DNA from: Sphyrna mokarran | Taxonomy: Eukaryota | Length of the DNA stretch: 64,000 bases | Assembly: GCA_024679065.1 (NCBI GenBank) | Contig: JAGIQG010000003.1 | Location: 88,846,001 to 88,910,000 of the forward strand | Direction: 5' to 3' | In this document: positions 52,965 to 64,000 of the stretch, in pieces | Position numbering within the stretch: the first letter of the stretch is position 1 | Layout of the letters: each line of letters begins with the position of its first letter | Made by a program: the position numbers and the translations under genes | The notes under the pieces: generated by a model | Told to the model about the DNA's origin: nothing | Seen by the model: the letters and a program-made list of their open reading frames with translations, nothing else | Database searches by the model: none

Positions 52965-53850
52965 TACAGAACAGAAAAGACCCTTCAGCACATCAAGTCT
53001 TTACTGACAATAACTTCCATTCCATTTTCCAGCACTTGCGCCATACCCTTGAGTGTTAGGATGTTTCAAGTACTTATCCAAATATCTTTGGAAGGTTGTA
53101 AGGTTTCCAGCCTCCACTACCTTTCCATGCAGTGCATTCCAGATTCCCATCATCCTCAGTGAATCTTTTTTTTCCCAAAACCCCAATCAATCTCCTGACC
53201 TCAACTAAGGAAAACAGCTGCTTCCGATTCACCCTGTCCATATCCCTAAGTCAAGTCCCCTTTCAGCCTTCTCTGCTCCAAAGAAAACAATCAAGCCTAT
53301 TCAGTTTGTCTTTATAGCTCAACTGCTCCATTCGGGGCAACATCCTGGTGAATCTCCTTTGTACCCTCTCTATTGCAATCATACCCTTCCTATAGTAAGG
53401 TGACCAGAATTGAACGCAGTACTCCAGCTGGGTCCTAACCAATGTTGTGTACAGCTCCAACATTATGTCCTTGCTCTTGTTCTTTATGCCATGACTGATA
53501 AGAGTAAGTGTCCCATATGCCTTCATAGCCACCCTATTCATGTTCTCTGCCATTTTCAAAAATGTGTGAATGGGTACCCCATGGTTCATCTGTTCCTCTG
53601 AGCTTCCTAGGTTCTGCTATTCATTAAATATCCTCTTGTCTATTTACTTTTTCCAAAGTGCATCTCATTGCACTGATCAGAGTTAAATCTGCCACTGCTC
53701 TTCCCATCTGATTAACTCATCTACGTCTTCCTGTAACCTTCAACCTTCTTCACTATTAACCACTCTACCAATTTTGGTGCCATCTGCAAATTTGCTCATC
53801 ATTCCCCCATATTAAAATCCATATTATTTATTATATAACAAACAATAAGA
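52965..53850 (-). mobile_element. Decayed CR1 LINE 3' fragment
   Basis: ORF 53263-53589 contains LVRTQLEYCVQFWSPYYRK...ERVQRRFTRMLP. KFADGTK lies at about 53770-53795. Confidence 0.9.
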
Positions 53851-54319
53851 GTCTGATTTCTTTCCCTAAAGGACATTAATGAACCAGATGGATGTTTATG
53901 ACAATTGACAGTTGTTTCTTGGTCATCTTTACTGAGATTAGCTTTAATATTTCAAATAATTAATTGAATTTAAATTCCACCAGCTACTATGGTGAGATTT
54001 GAGCCTTTCCCCCAGGCTTCTAGATTACTAGTCCAGTATATTGCCTCTCTGCCACCAACTTTCTCAGATCTTACTGGATAACCACATGTGCTTCCATTCC
54101 TGCAGGATTTGGTTATTGAAAATATTGGCAAACTTTTCTCATCCTCATGGAACTCATGTTGGAATCTGCCTGGATCTGTATGGACTAGCTGCTTATTTGC
54201 CTAAACATGCCAAACCTGAAAAACCTTTCATCTCCTATTTTAATTCCTCTGCAAGTTTGTTCATACTCAAGTCGTTATGGCCCTGCAGTGGAAAAGCAAT
54301 AATCAGCCCAAGTACTCAC

Positions 54320-54571
54320 TCATCAATTGCTATTTGGGATGGTATTTCAGACCAGAGGCGAGCATATTTCACTGGAGTGACCTGTTCTTGTGGATCCCTA
54401 TCCACATGCATGTGCAACATCAGGCGACAGAAAGAGGCTCGTAGATCATAGGGCAAATTTTCATCTGACATGCAACGAAGGATCAGATCCACGTCCAACT
54501 GCCCTGAGACTGCATTGATGGCCAAATATTGACGATCCAAGCACATCCGAGCGAATAAATTCAGCTGGTAC
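54320..54571 (-). CDS. ITPR1: ITPR1 exon 5
   Basis: ctgcag|G...GA|gtgagt, 252 nt. [33 protein letters not shown]...[17 protein letters not shown]. Confidence 0.97.
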
Positions 54572-55095
54572 CTGCAGAATGAAATGTTAAGAGAAGGGAT
54601 GTCAGCAGAACCTCAATTTTCTAGCAGGGAATACTTAGTTCAAATATTTTTCCAAGAAATATGAGGACAATAGATAGGTACAATATATTCAAGGCAATTC
54701 AATAGAGGCAAAGCCAAATGCTACAACTACTGTACATTGTAGTTTTCCATCCATTTCATCCTTGACTCTAAAATATAAAGGCTAGTCTTTCATCACCTCA
54801 GAACATTCCAAAGGGCCTGGGTTTTAATATCACATCCAAAAGTAGCATCTCATATATTGTACCACTTCCTCAGTGCATGGGAACATCAGCCTGCATTTTG
54901 TACTTAGGCTTGTGAAGTGGTTCTTGGGGACACAACATTCTGACTCAGAGACAGAAGTGCTGGAACTGAGCCACAGCAGATATCATTTGAGTGACGGTTA
55001 CTAGAATCCAGGTCATGCAAAACGTCTCAGTTATATGCATCGTGTATATTGCATATTATGTTGCTATATTGTGGGTTTGATCTAGAAAGATATAC

Positions 55096-55287
55096 CTGTA
55101 ATAGCTGAGGACTTCCTGGTCTTCTTTTTGGCCCTCCTTAGCATCTTGAGCCAATTCTCGGATGCTTTTGCTGCGTAGCTCTTTGCAGCTGTCATTCCAA
55201 AACAGCCACACTTCTTCATCTTCGCCAACTTCAAGACGGCTTTCGCCACCGTTCTCTACCTCAAACTCCACTCTGGACAAGACCAGC
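55096..55287 (-). CDS. ITPR1: ITPR1 exon 4
   Basis: ttgcag|G...AG|gtatat, 192 nt. [64 protein letters not shown]. Confidence 0.96.
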
Positions 55288-56090
55288 CTGCAAAAATAAC
55301 AGTCGCCCAAGTAGTGGAGGAAACATTAGAATCCGCAGACCAATTGGAAACCAAATTGAACAATCAAAGACAGTTTGATAAATAGTACATGTTAAACATT
55401 TTAATCAATCATTTAATTTGCAGGCATTTCAGAATATTCCATCCCCATCCATGCAGCGAATGAATATACATCCCTGCACAATAACTCACATGGGTATTCA
55501 AAAAAATAACTCCCAAAACATTGATTAATATTACTGTACAATTATCTATATTTCCATCATCTTGAAAATTTCATCCAATTCCTTTCCTTCACTGTTTCCT
55601 CCCCACTTTTTCCTTCTTTATTGTTGGTTCTATACCACTGCTTTGTTTAGTCACTATTCCCCTTGGCCCAGTTTCCAACTGTTTTCATTCCATGAGGATC
55701 CTCCAGGTTCTGGAAGTCTAATCCCAATGCTATTCTTGCATAGGTTTGCTAGTTATTTCATACTTTGGGCATTGTTAACTCTTTTCTTACTGTGAAACCT
55801 TTCAGGGAAGAGCTATGCTTTTGTTTGCTCTGATTACTGCAAGAAATAGATACCAATCCAGAAATTGCCATCAATGTCAACGTTTCCAATTAGACCCACA
55901 ATTTGTGGCTTCTTTTGATGATTAACAGAAGGTTGTCAGATTTGGAGCTTCATCTGATATAGTTGGTGAGAACGTTCATGCTCTTCTTTTGGAATTTTCC
56001 TTGGCCCTTAGACAGTAACAGCGATATACTGTGGCTGTGACTAGGAGCTGTCTTCATCTCTCTGGTCATAATTACACCGGCAATTATACA

Positions 56091-56197
56091 GGTGGCACAG
56101 TGGTTAGCACTGCTGCCTCACAGCGCTAGGGACTGAGGTTCGATTTCCGGCTTCAGTCACCGTCTTTGTGGAGTTTGCACATTCTTCTGCATCTGCA
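56091..56197 (+). mobile_element. HE1/V-SINE 5' fragment
   Basis: ggtggcacagtggttagcactgctgcctcacagcgctagggactgaggttcgatttcc. Confidence 0.85.
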
Positions 56198-56344
56198 TGA
56201 ACAGCCCTCGAGTTAAAGGCATCCTTCTAGTCCTTGGGAATTTTAATGTGCAAAACCATTAATTGGCATCATCTGAACACAGGGACGCAGCTATGGAATT
56301 AACACTTGAACAATGAAGAGGCAAATTTCAATGGACATCAGGGC

Positions 56345-56792
56345 AGCAAAAATGTTGCCAGGATTTGAAAATTGCTGCTACAAAGGAAAGATTTGATAGA
56401 CTAGGATTGTTTTCCTTATAACAAAGGAGCCTGATGGAGTGATCAATATTGAAGTATAAAAAACATAAGGCCAAGATAAGGTAGACAGGAAAGACTTGTT
56501 TCCCTTAGCTGGGATCAATTACCAGGATGTTTTGATTCAATGTAATTGATAGAGTTTCAGGGACAAGAGGAGAAACATCATCCAGAAGGTGGTGGGCATC
56601 TGAAATTCTCTGCTTGAAAAGGTACCTGGGTCTGTTTCTGAAGTGCAGTAATCTGCAAGGCTATGGGTCAGGTGCTGGAAAGCGGGTCAAAATGAGTGGC
56701 TAGTTTTTTTTTCTCTCTTCTTTCTTAGCAGACACAGACATGATGGGATCAATGGCCTCTTTCGGTGTCATAACTTTTCTATGGTTCTATGA
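56345..56792 (+). mobile_element. CR1 3' fragment
   Basis: Decayed MLPG...LGLFSL segment with a ttctatggttctatga tail. Confidence 0.75.
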
Positions 56793-57049
56793 TGGGCTCA
56801 ACTGTCTTTTGGGACCAGACAGACACTTAGTGGAACTTTACTCAGATAGCTTGGCAACATACTGAAGTCCATGATTGCAATGGTTCAGCATAATTAAGGA
56901 AGGAAGCAGAATCAGTGGAGCAAATTAAATTGCCTTGATTCATACTTTTTGAGATGGGATAGCATTAATAACGGATTTGCTCTCATGCAATTTTGCACTA
57001 CCGCTCATTTCAGGGATGTTGACAGCCAATACCGTATTTCTGTAGTGTA

Positions 57050-57376
57050 GCTATTTTGAGGTATGAACAAACCCCCTACAAGCAGCCATGTGATAACAGC
57101 CAACTAACCTGAGTCTATGCCGTTGATTCAGGGATAAACATTAGCCAGGATGCTGCCGATAACTCATATGTGCTTCTTTGGAATCATGCCACAGAATATT
57201 TTCCATTCATTTGAGAAAGCAGATAGAACCTCAATTTAACATCTGATCTGAAAGACAGCACCTTCAACACGCACTGGTGTGCCGGTGTTGATTATGGTGC
57301 TCAAACGATGGAGTGGGACTTGAACCCTGGACTTCTCACTCAGATGTAAGTATGCTACCAATTGAGCCACAACTGA
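57050..57376 (-). mobile_element. Deu-domain (SacSINE1-like) SINE
   Basis: gggataaacattagccagga...gaaagacagcaccttcaac...ggagtgggacttgaaccc...gctaccaattgagccac (tRNA head on minus strand). Confidence 0.75.
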
Positions 57377-58260
57377 AGTCCTAAATCAGAAGGAAGCATC
57401 CACAGAAGCCTTGAAAAACTGTATGCCCACTGCATAGTTCACCAATGATTGTGAAACCAAAAATATAATTGATTTGAAATGTTGCAGATGACTGCACAGT
57501 CATAGTGTTATTGTAAGCCAACTTGTGACATTAATAAATAAACTTTAGCATTCAAATTCCTTCAAAATTTCTTGAACAATAAAACACTTAGGCTTTGGGC
57601 TAAAAAACTGACCAGAAATCTTTGCTCCACGCAGGTGCTTAAAAATGTTCATTGCAAATAAGTGTCTCGAAACTACTTCCCAATACAATTCAAAAGCAAA
57701 TCACCACCATCAATGACCAGAAACTGTACTGCAGCAACTGTACAAACAGTTGGCTGCTAGGCAGAGCAGGTCAGAGGTTATAAATTCAAAATTTGTACAT
57801 TATGAAAGAATCTAAAGCTAATCTTTCACCTCGAACAGGTTTACCCATGAGGCACCTTAGCAAGAGTGAAAGACTCCTCCACCATCCACAATTCCTTCTG
57901 CTGCCCTCAACTTCATTTTCAACTTACACAAAATCATGGTTTAAAAACATGTCTTTCCTTCACAGTCATTGGGTCAGCCCCTTAAAGCTTCCTGACCACA
58001 GCGCACAGAATACGTTCACCACATGGACAATGTTAGTTCAAAAAACACAGCTCACCACCATTCCCTCAAAGGCAATTGGGACAGGAAATAATTGTTGGGT
58101 TTGTCTTTGATGCCCAAACCCTTGGGAATGAAATACAACAAGATAGTGCATTGTCACCCGCCAAAAGAAAAAGAAAAATTAAACAAGCAACCAAGCTGAA
58201 TTTAAGCTCTACGATGACTGAAGCAGTGAGTTCATTTTCCCATTGCAGTGAATGACGTAC

Positions 58261-58380
58261 TTTGTCTCAATAAGAATGTCTCCATTAGCTGGGTTCAGCA
58301 CAGCCTTACAGATGAGTTCCTGGGTAACTGGAATTGCAGTGTTGTTGGACACGCACAGGTCAGAGAGATAATCTAGAAAT
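58261..58380 (-). CDS. ITPR1: ITPR1 exon 3
   Basis: ttgtag|A...AA|gtacgt, 120 nt. [40 protein letters not shown]. Confidence 0.97.
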
Positions 58381-58724
58381 CTACAAATCAGAAACATTTT
58401 GTGAATCAGATTTCAGTTTCAATTAGTATTGGAGAAAAAAATTCTCATTCAAGACAGAAAAATAGTCATGTCAAATGGATCAAGTAATATTGAACCACAC
58501 GTGAAAGCAGATACCTGAGACACACAAAATAAGCAGGTGCCAAGGATTGCACTGGCTGGGTTGTAGGGAGAGGAAAGGCAATTCATAGAAAGGGGAACAA
58601 CGTAGTGGGATTAAGAGAAGTGGCACTTGGAAGTGGTGATGAAAGGAAATATAGAGACATAAAAGCAAATTACTGCAGATACTGAAATCAAGACAGAAAG
58701 TGTGGAAAATCTCAGGTCTGGCAG

Positions 58725-59435
58725 AACATAAGAAATAGGAGCAGGAGCAGGCCATCTAGCCCCTTGATCCTGCCCCACCATTCAATAAGATCATGGTTGA
58801 TCTGATAGTGGTTCAGTTCCACTTACCCGCCTGCTCCCCATAACCCTTAACTCCCTTATTGGTCAAAAATCTATCCATCTGTGACTTAAACACATTTAAC
58901 AAGATAGCCTTCACTACTTCAATGGGCAGAATTCCAAAAATTCACCACTCTCTGGGGAGAAGAAGTTTCTCCTCAACACTGTTTGAAATCGACTCCCCCT
59001 TAGTTTAAGGCTGTGCCCTCTAGTTGTTTCCATTCTAAGTGGAAATAATTTCTCTGCTTCTACCCTATCTAGTCCCTTCATTATACGTTGCTACAAGATC
59101 TCCCCCTCAACCTTCTAAACTCCAAGTATAGGCCCAATCTACTCAATCTCTCCTCATAAGCAAACCTTCTCATCTCCAGAATCAATCTGGTGAACCTTCT
59201 CTGCACTCCCTCCAAAACTAATATATTCTTTCGCAAATACGGGGATCAAAATTGCACACAGTACTCTAGGTGCAGCCTCACCAGTACCTTGTACAATTGC
59301 AGCAAGACCTCCCTGCTTTTATACTCCATCCCTCATTGTGATAATGGCCAATATTCCATTTGCCTTCTTGATCAAATGCTGCATCTGCAAACTGAGATTT
59401 TGCAGGTGCCTCTGCACAGTAGCATGTTATAATTT
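58725..59435 (-). mobile_element. Decayed CR1 LINE 3' fragment nested in a Penelope-type end
   Basis: aacataagaaataggagcaggag tail. Reverse complement of LVRLHLEYCVQF near 59250-59290. Confidence 0.85.
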
Positions 59436-60021
59436 TTGACCATGGTAGCATCTATAAGGAGAGAAAAAAAGCTGACGTTTCAAGCCAACAGTCTTCTCCC
59501 CATCATGACTCAAAACACCAGGTCTTTTCTCTCCTTACAGGTGCTGCCAGACTTGTTGAGATTTTCCAACACTTTCTCTTCAGATATAGAGGCATCAAGG
59601 GAAGAAGAATTGGGGGATCAGGGGAAGACAAAGAAGGCAGAACTAAGCGGGTAAATAAAGTGAATGTTTATCAAGGGTAAGAGAAGTGGAAGTTGTGGTG
59701 GGGGTTGGTTGGGGGAACAGTTATAAGATGGTGACAGGGCCACCTGATTTCCCACCATTTTAAAGAAAAAACCTGCAGGGATAAGATGTCCCAAATGTAT
59801 TTGACAATACTGAAGTTCGAAAAACAGCCTGGTCTATTTTTATCCAGTCAAATCAGTTTTGACATTTCAATCATGTTCCAAGGGCATAATCTTGCTAAAC
59901 ATAGTCCACAACATGGGAAAGTCAAGCCATCATGGCGACACAACATTTAAATTAATTTGTCATGGGACTGGTTGCAAACCTAGTGACCAAAATACAACAC
60001 CATATGCTCAAGACAATCTCA

Positions 60022-60216
<195 letters not shown>

Positions 60217-60534
60217 TCAGAGCTATTTCAAAAGCAACCAGTGCTTGAAGAAAGCACCTAAAAAACAGTCCAGATTTTTACTTGGAATGGAGTGGAAAAA
60301 AACCCATCAAGTCCTATCCATCACCAATGATACCTCTTCAACCAGAGTGTTCTCCCCTTCCTTTCATAGGTACACAAAAATGGGGATTTGGTGACTCTTA
60401 GAAACAGACATTTTATTTTCTAAATGGCGATTTTCTTTTTGTAGAATTCTCAGACTTGTGTGATTCTATAAAACAAAAGATCTAAACCATATTCCTACTG
60501 CATAATCTCCAGGACAGTCTGCCCATTCTCCGAG

Positions 60535-60908
60535 ATATGGTGGTAATGACACTAGACTAGTAATCCAGAGACTCAGGCTAACGTTCTGGGGCGAGGCTTC
60601 AAACAGCAACAAGGTGGAATTTGAGTTCAAATTAATAAATCTGGAATTGAAAGCTAGTATCAGTAATGGTGACCATACCAGCCACCACTGATTGCTGTTA
60701 AAAACCCATCTGGTTACTAATACTCTTTAGGAAAGGAAATCTGCCAACTTTACCCAGTCTGTCCTACATACGTCTCCAGACCATGCGGTCGACTTTTAGC
60801 TGCTTTCAGAAACAACCAATTGGCAAGCCACTCAGTTCAAGAGCAATTAGGGACGGCTGATAAATGCCTGCTTGGGACACCCACATCCCAAAGAACAAAA
60901 AAAAAAAT
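60535..60908 (+). mobile_element. Near full-length copy of the second SINE family
   Basis: tggtggtaatgacactagactagtaatccagag...aggaaatctgcc...gggacacccacatcccaaagaacaaaaaaaaaaa. Confidence 0.85.
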
Positions 60909-60969
60909 CCTGTTTTCCATCATCAGATGGACTTGTAAACAGCCTCTTGTATCCCAATATCTTAGTTAA

Positions 60970-61390
60970 AACACAAGACAAAAATAGAAGCAGAAGTGGA
61001 ACACCAAGTCTTTCAAGCCTGCCCTGCCAGTCAATGCAATCATGGCTGATCGATGCCAGTCACAGCTTTTTTTCTGTACCATTTCCCTAAAACCCTCTAT
61101 TCCTCAAACTATCAAATATTTATCCTCCTCCATTTTAAATACTTCTCATGTTCCAACCTCCACCACCCATTGAAACAGAGAATCCAGAGATTCACCACAC
61201 TCTGTGGGAAGAAATTTCCATGCACCCCAGTTTTAAATGAGCAGCCCTTTATCTTGTACCTATGTCCTTTTGTCTGAGACTCTCCTATTAGTGAAAACAT
61301 TTAACCATACACCCAATCAAGCCCCCTCAAGATCTTATGTTGAAGTAATATCACTCCTCACTCTTCTAAACTTCAAAGAAAGCTTCCTTT
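60970..61390 (-). mobile_element. CR1 3' fragment
   Basis: ORF 61112-61300: KGHRYKIKG...FFPQSVVNLW. Confidence 0.8.
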
Positions 61391-61568
61391 TAAATCACAG
61401 TCTGGCAATGACACAAAAATTGACCCCTGTCCTTATTATTGAAGATGACTAAAACAAAAACACATTCTGCATTTGGTACGTGTGGATGGGATGTTTACTT
61501 TAGACTATGAAGTTCTTAACAGGCCGATCATCATTACAGGCCTTCTGACAGAGTTTCGGTATTCGTAC

Positions 61569-61727
61569 CTGGTTTTTTCTGTAGTCTTGCTGGGAGTGTC
61601 TCAGAACGCGATAACATAATCTGCAGATATGTCGGAACGGGGCATGCCTCTGGTCCCCGAGTTCCTCCAGCCTCAGCATTGGCCCATCACCACTATCTGT
61701 GAACGGGGCCTGGAGCAGCTTAAAGAT
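61569..61727 (-). CDS. ITPR1: ITPR1 exon (window exon 1), IP3-binding core with YRK ligand contacts
   Basis: ctgtag|ATC...CAG|gtacga, 159 nt. [53 protein letters not shown]. Not in the ORF track. Confidence 0.97.
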
Positions 61728-64000
61728 CTACAGGGTCAGGAAAGCAACCAAGTCAACGCCATCAAGCAAATCTGCTTTACTTTAGCCAAGTTCACAGATT
61801 CAAAACTTACAAGAGCCTGCTTCAAGATGGCAGCAGTATTGAAGCAATAGTAAAACCAACCATTTTGCTCAGAGTTAGAAGTTATTTTAGGTAACCCTGC
61901 ACCTCCCTCATGCTGGGGAGATGCCAGCATTGGATAAGTTTGTTTGGTAGTAACGACACTAGCTTTTGGAGTTTGCCCCTTTGTCAGGTGATGGAGATGA
62001 ACATCACAGTCATATTAAAGAAGCAGCGAGCTAAGTACATGAATAAGAAAGGAAGAGCAAGATAAGCTGATAAACACGTATTAAAATGAAAGAATGCTGA
62101 TGTAACACAAAGACCAGCATAGCTTTGTTAGGCCAAATGACCTGGTTCTGTGCTGTAACTTTATGCAATTCACATACAGCATCAAAGTGGGCTTGCTGCC
62201 ATAAATCCTACACAATGAGGTTCTAATCTCTGCCACCATCCCCTTAGAGCAGGTTTACCGCACATGAGGAGTGACATGCACATTTACAAAGGCGCAGAGA
62301 GATTGTAGCTCACAAGCATCATTTACACGAATAAACTCGGACTTCCACAAGATCCCGGCAGGAATTGCTGCAAATCTGATCTGTTCACTGAAAGAAGATT
62401 CTGCGTACTGACTCAAGGCATGGGAAGGAAGGCCATCTTTGTCATTTTTGTGGCTGAGCAGATAGAGCAACAAGAAACGTGCATGCCCTCCATTTTATAT
62501 TAACTTTGTCTTTTGTCTGGTCTTTGCATATCCTGGGATATGAGGCAGGGATGGGGAGGGTGAGTTTTGTCTGGGAGACACTGGTGTGAGTTGTTTGGTG
62601 GGTGGGGGTGGGATGGGAGGTGAAGGACAGAGGTTGAATTCAAAACATAACCAGAGGTCTTTCTTCCTCAGCAATTGCAAAGTAGCATTAGTAAGGAGTT
62701 GATATCAGGTAATTTGCTCAGTATACAACTAGTATGGAAAGCATCGGTTCCCTAAAAAGCCAGATCTAAAAACTCTTCATTCATGTGGCAAAGCTGCCAA
62801 AAACCAAAAAAGTCTATTTAGTCCCACAAAAATTGCTCCCCTTGCAATCAAGGTCTCCCACTCCCAACTGTGGCTGAATGTCTCAAAACATTGTTCACCC
62901 AGCACGTTATACCAGGTGTCTACTGAAATAACAACTGCCACCATTCGGAGTCATTCATTGCTCCCTCGTCCTACTTTGTTGCTTTCTTTTAAAGTACTCA
63001 ACAAACTAATACTTCAATATTGTCCATTCATCCACCTCCCTATGCTTTAGCCATTGAGTACTCTTTTTGCCAATTCTCATGGGTCACTCCCTGCCCCCTT
63101 ACACATCCAATTAGATTGATCATTAACCGATGTTTCTATTTGCCTTTATTGAATTGCACATGGGAGTTTGGGCAGGGGGACCTGGGGAGGTGCTTCTTCC
63201 ATCTTGCTGCACTGCTTTTGTAGTGCAGCAGGCCTGGAAACTTAAGCAGACTTCCCACTGGGGCACCATGGCCCCTGTGATTCTCCTGCAGGTGGATTTC
63301 TGGCACAGAACTGAAAATTTCATTTAAATTTTAATTTATGTACAATAAACTACAATAAACAATCCCATTAGTGGGCCCAGGACCGAAATCTTCAGGCCCG
63401 CGCGCCTCTTTCCCCCTCTGCTAGGGGAGTTTCATTCCAGTGGGGCTTGCAACAGCTCCCCACTTGCAAGGAGCTGGCAGCCCAACCTCTCTGCATTGCA
63501 CAGAATGGAGGTGATTCAGTTTGAAACTCCCGCTGAAAGAAAAGAGAGATTTACTCCAGTTTTACTCAAATTCTACACCTCAAATTTTTTTGGGAGAATC
63601 GCCCCTGTGGTATTCTAAATTTGATCTAATCAATGCATTGTACAGTCTGAACACCATCCCAGCTGACATGAGTTCTACTCTGACTACATACCTGAGCAAT
63701 TACCACAATATCATCCAAAAATCCTTCTGCAAATTTCTACTTACATCCTTGCTGAGACAGACTTGCAGTGAAACACAATGCTGCAGCATGGGGTCTCAGC
63801 CAATTGAGGGGTTGTGGGGTGAGGGAGTGCCACAATTGGGTGGCAAGGCTGGACCAAGAGTGACAGGACAGCGCACTAACTGGACCAGCAAGGTGAGGCC
63901 ACTGACCAAAGCAAAAACAGCAACAAGGACAGGCTGAATAAGGTCAGCAGTCCAGAAGCACACATGGTCATCAAGGCTCACGGCCCGGCCACCTCAGCAA

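Overview
Eukaryotic (vertebrate) genomic DNA, almost certainly from a cartilaginous fish, probably a shark: the introns carry HE1/V-SINE-type tRNA SINEs, Deu-domain (SacSINE1-like) SINEs, CR1 LINEs and Penelope relics. The whole window lies inside one minus-strand gene, an inositol 1,4,5-trisphosphate receptor of type-1 character (ITPR1 or an ITPR1-like paralog). I assembled 23 consecutive coding exons by hand (61727 down to 6754, 3564 nt = 1188 codons). All splice phases are consistent and there are no stops. They run from the end of the IP3-binding core (DYRKNQ) through the ARM/regulatory region and the RRDS PKA site to ...KDRGYGEK, just before the SII splice region. Most ORFs in the supplied track are spurious or are exon read-throughs. 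There are no prokaryotic systems. Best leads: (1) several ITPR2/3-type residues in an ITPR1 backbone, a possible extra paralog; (2) an 81-nt stop-free in-frame intron at the SIII site; (3) two GC-AG introns; (4) a 47-nt cassette/poison exon candidate at the SII position; (5) an inverted SINE pair tightly bracketing six phase-0 exons (a predicted stop-free 933-nt circRNA); (6) Penelope-derived hairpins and decayed hammerhead cores. Comparisons to human/mouse proteins and repeat consensus sequences are from memory. Repeat boundaries are approximate.
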